From: an uncultured Alphaproteobacteria bacterium
Lineage (GTDB): Bacteria > Pseudomonadota > Alphaproteobacteria > Rhizobiales > Xanthobacteraceae
Assembly (NCBI GenBank): GCA_963759705.1
Contig: CAVXAK010000014.1
Location: 112,034-176,033, forward strand
Length of the DNA: 64,000 nt
Direction of reading: 5' to 3'
Shown here: piece by piece, positions 30,238-40,647 of the stretch
Position numbering within the stretch: position 1 is the first letter of the stretch
How the letters are laid out: each line of letters begins with the position of its first letter
Notes under the pieces: model-generated
The model's input: only the letters and a program-made list of their open reading frames with translations
What the model was told of the DNA's origin: nothing
Database searches by the model: none
Made by a program: the position numbers and the translations under genes

Positions 30238-32163
30238 TCATACCGTGACTTGGGTACCGACTTCTACCACGCGGCCGGTCGGAATCTGAAAAAAGTCCGT
30301 GGCGTCGCTCGCCGATTTCGCCAGAAGGATGAACAGGCGGTCCTGCCAGCGCGGCATGCCGGAATGCGCGGATGGCTTGAGCGAGCGGCGCGACAGAAAG
30401 AAGGACGTGGCCATAATATCGAAATGCCAACCAAGCTTGCGGGCTATGGCAAGCGCCTTCGGAACGTTCGGCGATTCCATATAGCCGAACTTGAGCGCGA
30501 CTTTGCTGAATTGCGGCGAGACCTGCGTCATCTGCACGCGTTCATTTTCGGATACGCGCGGTGTGTCGCCGGTAACGACGGTGAGAATGACGTTGTGCTC
30601 GTGCAGCACTTTGTTGTGCTTGAGATTATGCAGCAGCGCCGTCGGCGCGAAGTCGGGATCGCTGGTCAGAAATACCGCGGTGCCGGGCACCATATGCGGC
30701 GGGCTTTTTTGCAGGCTTCGCACCAACGTTTCCAGCGGCACTTCGGTGCGCCGGGTTTTCTGCGTCAATATCCCCGTGCCGCGCCGCCAGGTGAGGATCA
30801 ACAACACCATGGACGCACCGAAGGCGAGAGGCGCCCATGCACCGTCCAGAATCTTGAGCAGGTTTGCTGAGAAGAATACGCCGTCGACGGCGACCAGCGG
30901 CGCCACCAACGCGACCGCCTGCCACAGTTTCCATTTCCACAACTTCCACACCACCACCAAACCGAGAATCCCATCGACCACCATGGTGGTCGTAACCGCG
31001 ATGCCGTAGGCCGAGGCCAGCGCACTCGAGGTGCGGAACAGTCCAACCAGCAGCAGAACGCCGCCGAGGAGCGCCATCGTTACGCGTGGAATGTAGATCT
31101 GCCCGTGATGGCGAGCCGAAGTGTGGCGAATGGCCAGACGGGGCAACAATCCAAGCTGGATCGCCTGGGCAACCAGAGAATAGGCGCCGGTAATCACCGC
31201 CTGGCTGGCAATGACAGTCGCGGCGGTCGCCAGCGCGATCATCGGCAGCAGCAGCGTGCCTGGCACCATGCGGTAGAATGGGTTTTCGATCGCCGAAGAA
31301 TCGGCCAGCACCAAAGCGCCCTGTCCGAAATAATTGAGCAGCAGCGCCGGTAGGACGAGGCATAGCCAGCCCGCCTGGATCGGTTTGCGGCCGAAATGAC
31401 CGAGATCGGCGTAGAGCGCCTCACCGCCCGTCACGGCGAGAAAGACGAGGCCGAGCGTCACCAGGCCAATGTGCCCATGTCCGGCGAGGAATTTGACGCC
31501 GTAGTAGGGGTTTATCGCCGCCAGCACATGCAGATCGTCGCTAATGTTCACGAGACCCGCGATTGCGATGACCACGAACCACACGACCATGATTGGCCCA
31601 AAGAAGGCGGCAACCTTAGAGGTGCCCCGACTCTGGACTGCGAACAGCCCGACAAGGATGGCGACGGTAAGACCGGTGACATAATGCTCGAAGGCGGGCG
31701 TCGCGAGCTTCAATCCCTCGACCGCCGACAACACCGAAATGGCCGGTGTAATGACGGAATCCCCCAGGAACATCGACGCGCCGATCACGCCGAGGATGTA
31801 AATCGGCGCCATCCGGCGCCCAAAAGCGCGGCCGGCGAGTGCGGTCAGCGATAGCGTGCCGCCCTCGCCGTTGTTATCGGCGCGCAACAGGATCAGGACA
31901 TATTTGCAGGTGACGACGATGATCAGCGCCCAGAGGATGAGCGACAGCACGCCGAGCACCGCAACTCGGCTGATGACGCCGCTCGCACTGGCCGCTACCA
32001 CGGCCTCGCGGAAGGCGTAGAGCGGACTGGTCCCAATATCGCCGAAGACAACCCCGATGCTGCCCAGCGTCAGCGTCAGAAAGCTCGCGGTAGCGCCGCT
32101 CAGGGGCTTCTCACCGATCGTCGGCGCAAGCGCCTGGCCACGATCGGAGGTATGAATGGTCAT
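30238..32163 (-). CDS. kup: Kup/HAK/KT potassium uptake transporter (tandem paralog)
   Basis: ATG 32163. [17 protein letters not shown]...[13 protein letters not shown]. Collinear with 28062..29993 along its whole length. Confidence 0.9.
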   Translation of the reverse strand: MTIHTSDRGQALAPTIGEKPLSGATASFLTLTLGSIGVVFGDIGTSPLYAFREAVVAASASGVISRVAVLGVLSLILWALIIVVTCKYVLILLRADNNGEGGTLSLTALAGRAFGRRMAPIYILGVIGASMFLGDSVITPAISVLSAVEGLKLATPAFEHYVTGLTVAILVGLFAVQSRGTSKVAAFFGPIMVVWFVVIAIAGLVNISDDLHVLAAINPYYGVKFLAGHGHIGLVTLGLVFLAVTGGEALYADLGHFGRKPIQAGWLCLVLPALLLNYFGQGALVLADSSAIENPFYRMVPGTLLLPMIALATAATVIASQAVITGAYSLVAQAIQLGLLPRLAIRHTSARHHGQIYIPRVTMALLGGVLLLVGLFRTSSALASAYGIAVTTTMVVDGILGLVVVWKLWKWKLWQAVALVAPLVAVDGVFFSANLLKILDGAWAPLAFGASMVLLILTWRRGTGILTQKTRRTEVPLETLVRSLQKSPPHMVPGTAVFLTSDPDFAPTALLHNLKHNKVLHEHNVILTVVTGDTPRVSENERVQMTQVSPQFSKVALKFGYMESPNVPKALAIARKLGWHFDIMATSFFLSRRSLKPSAHSGMPRWQDRLFILLAKSASDATDFFQIPTGRVVEVGTQVTV

Positions 32164-32276
32164 AGGCCTCGCTACTGCCGCCGGATCATCACGGAAGCCG
32201 GCGCAATTATAGCATTGCGCGCGCGCTCGCAACACGCTGTCCCGGCGCTGCTCTTCGCCGCGTCCGGTCGCCGCGC

Positions 32277-33101
32277 CTAGGGTGTCAAGTCCGGCGGAAC
32301 GGGCGGCGCCTCGTGCATGAGCGTGATGGTTACGCGGCGATTGGCAGCCATATAGGGATCGTCGGGGAACAGCGGGTCAGTGTCGGCCTTGCCGGAAATT
32401 GCGTAGAAGCTGGCCGACGGTATCCCCTCCTCTTCCAATATTTCGCGCACCGCATTGGCACGGTCGGCGGAGAGGTTCCACGGCCCGTAACCGGCGCGCG
32501 GCGGAATCCGCGAAGCCGCTGTGTGGCCGGTAATGGATAGGCGATACGGCGTCGCCTTCAGGGGGCCGGCGAGCTTTTGAATGATCACCCGCGTGCGCTC
32601 ATACGGGTCCTTGGAACCTTCCGGGAACATCGAGCGGCCATCCTGGTCAACGATCTCGATATTGAGCCCCTCGTTGGTTTCCTCGACCATAATGTGTTTG
32701 GACGCCTCGGTGAGCTCCGGCATCTCCTGCATCGCCTGACGCAGCGACGCCGCGGCCAGCGCGAAGGCCCGATCGCTCTCGAGCTTCGCGCCATATTGGC
32801 GGTTGCGATCATGCTCATCGGGAGTTGGCGTCGCAGACGCATCCTCGGGCTGGATGTGCGCCGCATTTTTAAGCTTTGGCCGGGTCGGAAGCCCGTCGAC
32901 CTCGATGATGCCGGAATAGCGCACGTTGTTCTGCACGCCGAAGGCGTCGCGCATCGAACCGGCGACGATCTGCAGCTTCTGCTGGTCCTGATTGGAGAAC
33001 GCGACCAGCATGACGAAAAAGCTCACCAGGAGCCCCATGAGATCGGCGAAGGTAACAAACCAGCCGTGACCGCCGCCGTGCGCTTCCTTCCGCCGAGCCA
33101 T
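32277..33101 (-). CDS. motB: MotB-type stator protein (OmpA-like peptidoglycan-binding C-terminus)
   Basis: [23 protein letters not shown] (TM helix with the conserved Asp). C-terminal [14 protein letters not shown]...NRRVTITL. Confidence 0.8.
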   Translation of the reverse strand: MARRKEAHGGGHGWFVTFADLMGLLVSFFVMLVAFSNQDQQKLQIVAGSMRDAFGVQNNVRYSGIIEVDGLPTRPKLKNAAHIQPEDASATPTPDEHDRNRQYGAKLESDRAFALAAASLRQAMQEMPELTEASKHIMVEETNEGLNIEIVDQDGRSMFPEGSKDPYERTRVIIQKLAGPLKATPYRLSITGHTAASRIPPRAGYGPWNLSADRANAVREILEEEGIPSASFYAISGKADTDPLFPDDPYMAANRRVTITLMHEAPPVPPDLTP

Positions 33102-33122
33102 CGTCCGTCCTTATGGGTGGCG

Positions 33123-33896
33123 TCAGGCCGGAACCGGCTCTGGCTCTTCGTTGCGGTGCTTTTCCGGCAGGTACGCAAGCAGCATCTCGCGCACCAGGTT
33201 CGGACTCTTCGAATCCCGCATCATCAATATGCCGTCGATGATGAGTGTTCTGTTGATTTCCTCATCGACCAGTTTGAGGTGCAGTTTGTCGGCGAGCGGC
33301 AGACAAAGGATATTCGCCAGCACCGCACCGTAGAGCGTTGCCAGGAGCGCGGTCGCCATGAACGGACCCAGTTTCGACGGATCGGTCATGTTGGCGAACA
33401 TCTGCACCATGCCGACCAATGTGCCGATCATGCCGAAGGCGGGCGCGCAGTCGCCGACCGCGCGGTAGATTTTCTGACCCTCGTCGAGATGAGTGAGAAA
33501 ATTGTCGCGGTCGCGTTCGAGATTGTCGCGGATGAAATCGGCATCGTAACCGTCCGCGACAAAACGGATTCCCTTAGCCAGGAACGGGTCTTCAATCTCG
33601 ACCTTTTCAAGCCCGATCGGCCCTTGCTTGCGCGCGATTTCGGCAAGACCTGCGATCTCGTCAACGAGTTCGCGCTGGGTGGTACGCCGCATGGTGAACG
33701 CAAATTTGGCGCCCAGCGGCAGTCCATGGAAAATCGCGGTCAGCGGGAAACGGATCAGCGTCGCCGCGAACGACCCCCCGAAAATGATGATGACCGCGTG
33801 ATCGCTCAGGAACATACCAAGGCCGCCGCCCATGAGCATCAAGGTCAAGAGCACGACGGTCCCGGAGAGCAAGCCAAGACTAGTTGCAATGTCCAT
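33123..33896 (-). CDS. motA: MotA/PomA-type stator channel protein
   Basis: 257 aa from ATG 33896 after GGGAG. APAFGMIGTLVGMVQMF...ATALLATLYGAVLANILCLPLA. Confidence 0.8.
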   Translation of the reverse strand: MDIATSLGLLSGTVVLLTLMLMGGGLGMFLSDHAVIIIFGGSFAATLIRFPLTAIFHGLPLGAKFAFTMRRTTQRELVDEIAGLAEIARKQGPIGLEKVEIEDPFLAKGIRFVADGYDADFIRDNLERDRDNFLTHLDEGQKIYRAVGDCAPAFGMIGTLVGMVQMFANMTDPSKLGPFMATALLATLYGAVLANILCLPLADKLHLKLVDEEINRTLIIDGILMMRDSKSPNLVREMLLAYLPEKHRNEEPEPVPA

Positions 33897-33918
33897 TAAC
33901 CGCTCCCACCCCCGCGCG

Positions 33919-33940
33919 GGTGCATCCCTCTGGATGCACC
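33919..33940. promoter_or_regulatory. Perfect 9-bp inverted repeat (ggtgcatcc-ctct-ggatgcacc) in the motA leader/promoter
   Basis: Read directly, 23-44 nt upstream of the motA start. A TTAA-N7-TTAC near-CtrA-box lies at 33961..33975. Confidence 0.4.
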
Positions 33941-34103
33941 GCAACCTACGGTCATTGCGCTTAAAGGACGGTTACCGATGGAACTTTTGCGTCTGCAAGA
34001 ACCAGCATCGGTGGACGCACGACGGGCAAAATGACCGCCCCCGTGACCGGGGCGGGAAAAACCAGCACAATGCCGGACCAAGACGGCGTTAGGGAGAAGG
34101 CGC

Positions 34104-35600
<1,497 letters not shown>

Positions 35601-35656
35601 CGGCATTTGGCGTCGCCACAGGCCACCGCGACTGACGCGACAACAGCAAAATAACG

Positions 35657-36034
35657 TCAGCTCACGCAGGCGTGCGCCGCCGCGTCAGCGCCGCCGTAGC
35701 GGCATTGGCAGCGCGGCGGACGCTCAAGCACCGAAACCGTCACGGTCGTGATGCGGTTCTTCTTGACCTCGATAGCGCACAGCGGCGCCAGTGCGCCGGC
35801 GATGCCGCCGGCCTGAAGCTTGATTGTGCCGACCGGCTGCCGAAGGATTGCGGTGCCCTTCTTGATCGGCGCGAGCTTTGTTGTATCGAGATAAAGCGCC
35901 GTCTGAGTGAGCGGCGCGACCGGTACCGTCTTGATCTCGACATAGCCGATGTCGCCCGTCGGCCGACAGGCGGCAATCGCCGCGCCGACGATACAAGCGC
36001 TCACCGACAGACCAAGCAGGCGCCGCACGTTCAT
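35657..36034 (-). CDS. Hypothetical lipoprotein
   Basis: 125 aa. Lipobox-like IVGAAIAAC after MNVRRLLGLSVSA. Cys-rich C-terminus. Confidence 0.55.
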   Translation of the reverse strand: MNVRRLLGLSVSACIVGAAIAACRPTGDIGYVEIKTVPVAPLTQTALYLDTTKLAPIKKGTAILRQPVGTIKLQAGGIAGALAPLCAIEVKKNRITTVTVSVLERPPRCQCRYGGADAAAHACVS

Positions 36035-36056
36035 GCTCCCGGCTGGTCTCGGACGA

Positions 36057-36710
36057 TCAGGCACCCGGCGGCTTGATGCCGCCGATAAGCTTGTTGAGCT
36101 GGGTTGACGCATCGCGGATGTCATGCGTGAGGCTGCGGATGACCTGCAGCGCCTTTTCGGCCTGTCTGATCTCGAGAAGCTCGCCAATGAAGTCCTCGTT
36201 GTCCTGCAACGTTTGCAGCAAGCCGGCAAATTGCGCCCGCGCGTCGTCGAGCTCCTTGGTCGCACTCTCGGTTTGATCCTGAAGCTTGCGCCACTGGTCG
36301 ATCAAAAACTGCCGCTCTTCCGGCTTGAAGCGCGTCTCCTGGGCCAGCGTCTTGAGCTTGTCGTGCACGTGATCGAGCGCCTTGACGCCGAGCTGCGAGA
36401 CCGGGCCGTTATCCGACACTGCACTCAGCAAGCCGCTGACCGCGTCCCGCAATTTATCGATCTCGGCACGCGCCTTTTCGACATCGGTGACGCTGTCGAT
36501 CGTTCCGGCGCTGTCCTGGATGGTCTTGTTGAGGTCTGGCACGCTCTTCTGGAAATTTTCGAGCTGCTGCGAGAACTCCTCGACCGGGCCGACGCCGTCC
36601 TTGGCGTCTTCGGCGCGCGCGAAGCCCCCAGAGAAGGCGAAAACGGCGACCAGCAGCGCAACAATGAACGACGCGCGTTTGGCGCAGCGGACAGGTCTCG
36701 ATGGCATCAT
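36057..36710 (-). CDS. Hypothetical secreted coiled-coil protein
   Basis: GAGGAGG RBS. Signal peptide ...FIVALLVAVFAFSGGFARA. Heptad-like, charge-rich remainder. 22 nt upstream of the lipoprotein gene. Confidence 0.6.
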   Translation of the reverse strand: MMPSRPVRCAKRASFIVALLVAVFAFSGGFARAEDAKDGVGPVEEFSQQLENFQKSVPDLNKTIQDSAGTIDSVTDVEKARAEIDKLRDAVSGLLSAVSDNGPVSQLGVKALDHVHDKLKTLAQETRFKPEERQFLIDQWRKLQDQTESATKELDDARAQFAGLLQTLQDNEDFIGELLEIRQAEKALQVIRSLTHDIRDASTQLNKLIGGIKPPGA

Positions 36711-36872
36711 TGACGTGCCTCCTCGGACACGAGTCCCGACGATAAGGTTGATTTCGGTTAGGAATGTTGGCGCAAGTGGGGCGGCAGCCTCATTACGAAG
36801 GCGGCTTGAAAGACATCTTGCACCGCCCGCGTAATTCGACTTTCTTTCCGGGCCCCCATAAGGGCTCTGCGC

Positions 36873-37337
36873 ATGGGTTACGAAGGTTCATGGGTTCGGC
36901 GAATGAGCAGTCCGCTGCGTTTAGGGTTTTGGCCTGCCTGGGGCGTGCGAGCAGCCGCTGCTGTGGCGCTCATCGCCCTTGCCGCCTGCACATCCGCACC
37001 CCAGTCTCAACCGCCGCCGAGCGCGGCCGCTGCGCCTCCGCCGCCGGCGCCGCCTACTCCACCGCCGGTCGATCTTGGCGGCAAATGGAAGCTGTCGGCC
37101 GCGGCGGGCGGCGCCTGCTCAATGACTTTTGGCGACGCACCCGGCGCGTCCCAGGGCACCATTGCCCCTGCGGGCGGATGCCCGGGCAATTTCTTCACCA
37201 GCCGCAAGTGGACTTTCGAGCATGACATGCTGATCGTCCGTGATCACAAGGGCGAACCGCTGGCGCAACTCGCTTACACCGGCGGCCATTTTGAGGGCCA
37301 GTCAACGAACGGCGGGACAATTACGCTGTCGCGCTAA
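36873..37337 (+). CDS. omp19: Omp19-type outer-membrane lipoprotein / Inh protease-inhibitor family
   Basis: Lipobox LIALAAC, poly-Pro linker, and a C-terminal GHFEGQSTNGGTITLSR that closely matches the Brucella Omp19 C-terminus. The start could be 36873 or 36903. Confidence 0.8.
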   Translation: MGYEGSWVRRMSSPLRLGFWPAWGVRAAAAVALIALAACTSAPQSQPPPSAAAAPPPPAPPTPPPVDLGGKWKLSAAAGGACSMTFGDAPGASQGTIAPAGGCPGNFFTSRKWTFEHDMLIVRDHKGEPLAQLAYTGGHFEGQSTNGGTITLSR

Positions 37338-37405
37338 ATCTAGCGTACCCGGTGCGGCAAGGGCACCGGTGGCAAGGTTGCTCGCTTCGGACAGACACCG
37401 CCCGG

Positions 37406-38782
37406 CTAGATCGGAATGTCCAGGCTCTTTGGCGGTGTTGCCGGCGCTGGGACGGGCTTCATGACAGGCGGCGATGGCGTAGGCATTGGCGCAGGCTTCA
37501 CGACAGGCGGCGGCTGAACAGCGAGTGCCGGAGGCGGCGATGGCGCGGTTGAAGCGACAGCGGGCGGCGGCGACGGAGGCGTTGCCGCCGGCGGGCTCGG
37601 CGGCGCGGGATTGGCCGTGGGCGCTGCAGGCGCTGCCGATGCCGCGGACGGGTTTTCGACTTTTGCCGTCGCATTGACCTCCGCCGTCGCCTCCGGAGGC
37701 TGTTGCGGCTGGGCTGGATGCGGCCGCTGCGGCTCCGGCTCGAGCAGATACTTCTCCACATAGGCCTGAGCGTCGGCGAGCAACTTGCCGCCGTCGACCT
37801 TGCGCTCCTTCATCTGCTTGAGCCACGTGTCGATGACCGGCTCGGTCGCCTTGCGCCAATGCGCGACGGCCTCCGGCTGAAGCGTGATGATGGAATCGCC
37901 ACGCGCACTCACCGTATCGGCAACCACCCTAGCCTGAAGGTCCCACATCGTGCCGGCCATCGTCGCGGCCGCCTGACCGGAATTGTCATCCACGATCGTC
38001 TTGAGATCGGCCGGCAACCGGCTATAGGCGGTTTTGTTCATGGCCAGCACAAACGTCACCGTGCTCAACGACAAGTCGGCGAAGTCGGTGTGAGCCTTGA
38101 GCAAATCCTGAAGCTTGAGCGACGGCGTTACGTCCCAAGGATCGACGCAGCCGTCGACGACGTGCTGGGCGATCGCCAGGGGGATCTGACCGCTCGGCAT
38201 CGGAACGGGGTGCCCACCAAGGGCTGTGACGGCATCGCCCGCGAACCTCGTCTGCACGTGCAGACGCAAACCTTTGACATCTTGAACAGTCTGGATGGGC
38301 CTTTTCGAGTGGACCACGCTGCGGTCCGAGCATGCAAAACAGATCGGGTGAACGTCGCGGAATTCATCCTTCAGATCGGCTTCGGCGAAATCCTGGATCG
38401 CCTTGGAACTGACCAGCGCCCGGCGCGACGGCAGGAACGGCAACTCGAACAACTCGATTTTCGGAAAACGTCCGGGCGTGTAGCTCGGCGCGGTCCACAC
38501 AATATCGGCGGCGCCCTCGCGCGCCTGATCGAACAGTTGCGCCGGCGCACCGCCGAGTTCCATCGAAGGAAAGATTTCGATGCGGATGCGGCCGCCGGAT
38601 TGCGCCTCGATCTGGCGCGCCCAGGGCGCAATGAACTTGTCGTGCTCGCTCGATACCGCCGACAGCGGATGTTGCAGCTTGAACGCAAATTGAGGAACGT
38701 CGGCCAATGCCCGTCGCACGACCGCGGGCGCCGCTATTGCCACGATGGTCGAATTCAGGAACCTGCGCCGGGTAATTCGCAT
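37406..38782 (-). CDS. TRAP-transporter DctP-family substrate-binding protein with a roughly 110-aa Pro/Ala-rich C-terminal extension
   Basis: Tat-type leader MRITRRRFLNSTIVAIAAPAVVRRALA. DctP-like core. The tail EPEPQRPHPAQPQQPP...PPSPPPAVAS...KPVPAPATPP occupies 37406..37741. Confidence 0.75.
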   Translation of the reverse strand: MRITRRRFLNSTIVAIAAPAVVRRALADVPQFAFKLQHPLSAVSSEHDKFIAPWARQIEAQSGGRIRIEIFPSMELGGAPAQLFDQAREGAADIVWTAPSYTPGRFPKIELFELPFLPSRRALVSSKAIQDFAEADLKDEFRDVHPICFACSDRSVVHSKRPIQTVQDVKGLRLHVQTRFAGDAVTALGGHPVPMPSGQIPLAIAQHVVDGCVDPWDVTPSLKLQDLLKAHTDFADLSLSTVTFVLAMNKTAYSRLPADLKTIVDDNSGQAAATMAGTMWDLQARVVADTVSARGDSIITLQPEAVAHWRKATEPVIDTWLKQMKERKVDGGKLLADAQAYVEKYLLEPEPQRPHPAQPQQPPEATAEVNATAKVENPSAASAAPAAPTANPAPPSPPAATPPSPPPAVASTAPSPPPALAVQPPPVVKPAPMPTPSPPVMKPVPAPATPPKSLDIPI

Positions 38783-38825
38783 CGACAAAACCCTCGCGGC
38801 CTTCTGAAAGCGCCAGCGATGCGGC

Positions 38826-39722
38826 TCAATTGAGGCGCGACGGACGATCTTCGTTGTCGTTGTCGGACGAATGGACGGCACCGGCCGCAAGCGGCGGCGC
38901 GGCAGCGATAGGCACCTCGGCCTTGCTCTCGCGATCCCGCCGCTCGTAGCCGCGATAGGACAGCCACCCGAACGGCAAGCCGATGAGATAAGCGAGCGTT
39001 CCAGCGGTGAGCAGGACCCACGGATAGGCGATGAGAAGCGCAATGGACAGTACCACCACGACGATGAGCGGTCCCACCAACTCGGGCGGCACGCGCGTGC
39101 CGACGCGCTTGCCGGAAAACACCGGCAGCCGCGACACCATGAGTGAGGCGATGCCGAGCGTGTAGAACAGCGTCACCCAGGTGAGAAATTGCGAGCGCGG
39201 CACGCCCAGAAAAACCGCGTAGATCGGCAACAGCACGGTAATGGCGCCAGCGGGCGCCGGCATGCCGACGAAAAAGTTGCTGGCCCATATCGGCCGGTTC
39301 GGATCGTCCAGCATCACGTTGAAGCGGGCCAGCCGCAGTCCTGCGCAGATGGCGAACACCATCGCGGCGATCCAGCCAGCCGATTTCAAATCGTGCAGGC
39401 CCCAGAAATAGAGGATCAGCGCCGGCGCCACGCCGAAATTGACGAAGTCCGATAGGCTGTCGAGTTCAGCGCCGAAACGTGACGTCCCCTTGAGCAGCCG
39501 CGCCAAACGGCCGTCGAGGCCGTCGAGGATGGCGGCGAAGACGATCGCTGCCAATGCGAGAACGTAGCGGTTCTCGAAGGCCATCCGGATTGCGGTCAAG
39601 CCGGCACAGAGCGCGAGCAGCGTAACGAGGTTCGGCGCCAGCGTGCGCACGGGGATGCGGCGGAACCGCTGATTTGGCAGCCGCCGCCGCGCACCTTCGA
39701 AATCGGGATGATGCATAGCCAT
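38826..39722 (-). CDS. pssA: CDP-diacylglycerol--serine O-phosphatidyltransferase
   Basis: CDP-alcohol phosphotransferase motif DGLDGRLARLLKGTSRFGAELDSLSD. Sits immediately downstream of psd in the same orientation. Confidence 0.9.
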   Translation of the reverse strand: MAMHHPDFEGARRRLPNQRFRRIPVRTLAPNLVTLLALCAGLTAIRMAFENRYVLALAAIVFAAILDGLDGRLARLLKGTSRFGAELDSLSDFVNFGVAPALILYFWGLHDLKSAGWIAAMVFAICAGLRLARFNVMLDDPNRPIWASNFFVGMPAPAGAITVLLPIYAVFLGVPRSQFLTWVTLFYTLGIASLMVSRLPVFSGKRVGTRVPPELVGPLIVVVVLSIALLIAYPWVLLTAGTLAYLIGLPFGWLSYRGYERRDRESKAEVPIAAAPPLAAGAVHSSDNDNEDRPSRLN

Positions 39723-39789
39723 CGATAATGATTATAGCTATTCCGGGCGGCGTCCGCCACGCACCGGCATATTGGCGTTAACGATTCTC

Positions 39790-40491
39790 TCAGGCCACGC
39801 GAAATGTCCGATCGGTGTCGGCCGCCTTGAAATCGGCAATCACCGTTTCGCCCGCGATCGCGGTTTGCCCCTCCGCCACCAGAGGACGGGTGCCCTCGGG
39901 CAAATAGACATCGACTCGGGAGCCGAAGCGGATCATGCCGATGCGCTGACCCGCCCCGATCGTCTCACCCTCGCGCACAAACGGTACGATGCGCCGGGCG
40001 ACGAGGCCGGCGATCTGAATCACGGCGATGCGTTGTCGTTTGTTGACGGAGATCACGAACGCATTGCGCTCGTTGTCCTCGCTTGCCTTGTCGAGATCGG
40101 CGCTCAGGAAGGCGCCGGCGCGATAGACGATGCGGTCGATGCGTCCGGAGACTGGGCTCCTGTTCACATGGCAATTGAACACGCTCATGAAGATGGAAAC
40201 CCGCGGCAGCGGCCGGTCGCCGAGATCAAGTTCCTTGGGCGGCACCGCATTGGCCAGACGGCTGACGCGCCCGTCCGCCGGCGCGACCACAATGCCGTCG
40301 CGCACCGGCGTCACTCGCGGCGGATCGCGGAAGAAATAAGCACACCACGCCGTGGCAAAGGTGGCGATCCAGCCGAGCGGCGGCCACAGCCACAGCAGGA
40401 AGAGGCTGACGAGCGCAAAGCCGCCGATAAAGGGGTAGCCCTCCGGGTGGATTGGCGAGAGTTGCGAACGGATCGAGGCGATAACGGACAT
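39790..40491 (-). CDS. psd: Phosphatidylserine decarboxylase proenzyme (short form)
   Basis: 233 aa. FFRDPPR...APADGRV and the self-cleavage region [11 protein letters not shown]. Confidence 0.9.
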   Translation of the reverse strand: MSVIASIRSQLSPIHPEGYPFIGGFALVSLFLLWLWPPLGWIATFATAWCAYFFRDPPRVTPVRDGIVVAPADGRVSRLANAVPPKELDLGDRPLPRVSIFMSVFNCHVNRSPVSGRIDRIVYRAGAFLSADLDKASEDNERNAFVISVNKRQRIAVIQIAGLVARRIVPFVREGETIGAGQRIGMIRFGSRVDVYLPEGTRPLVAEGQTAIAGETVIADFKAADTDRTFRVA

Positions 40492-40530
40492 CAGATTTCA
40501 TATCAATTTCATATCAGCTAATCCATCCGT

Positions 40531-40621
40531 GTCATTGCGAGGAGCCAACGGGTCCGATTTTGCGACGAAGCAATCCAGAATTTAACGCCAGAATGGATTG
40601 CTTCGCTGCGCTCGCAATGAC
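40531..40621. repeat. REP-like nested palindrome (gtcattgcgag...cgaagcaatcc / ggattgcttcg...ctcgcaatgac)
   Basis: Outer arms are 40531-41 and 40611-21, inner arms 40566-76 and 40595-605, and the two pairs are exact reverse complements. I recognise the family as the common Bradyrhizobiaceae intergenic repeat. Confidence 0.75.
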
Positions 40622-40647
40622 GAAGCTGTCTATGGCAGGGTGTATTA

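Noticed and set aside
32277-33896. Possible Zorya-like (ZorA/ZorB) anti-phage system, because of an isolated MotA/MotB pair
   Set aside because: The MotA homolog is 257 aa with no long coiled-coil tail. MotB has a normal OmpA-like C-terminus. No ZorC/ZorD-like or nuclease/helicase genes are adjacent. Sizes and motifs fit an ordinary flagellar-type stator.
32577-33899. 440-aa ORF on the plus strand
   Set aside because: It is exactly antisense to motB/motA. Its composition (Arg/Gly/His-rich, no motifs) is typical of GC-driven shadow ORFs. The same applies to 40819..42513, 37703..38833, 62237..63340, 52561..53673, 55210..56421, 44548..45567, 19800..20867, 3573..4592, 8893..9867 and the 5' part of 14115..15737.
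37349-37369. Hairpin ccggtgc-ggcaagg-gcaccgg between the convergent omp19 and DctP genes, as a terminator
   Set aside because: The stem is only 7 bp with no flanking T/A tract. That is too weak to call an intrinsic terminator without 3'-end data.
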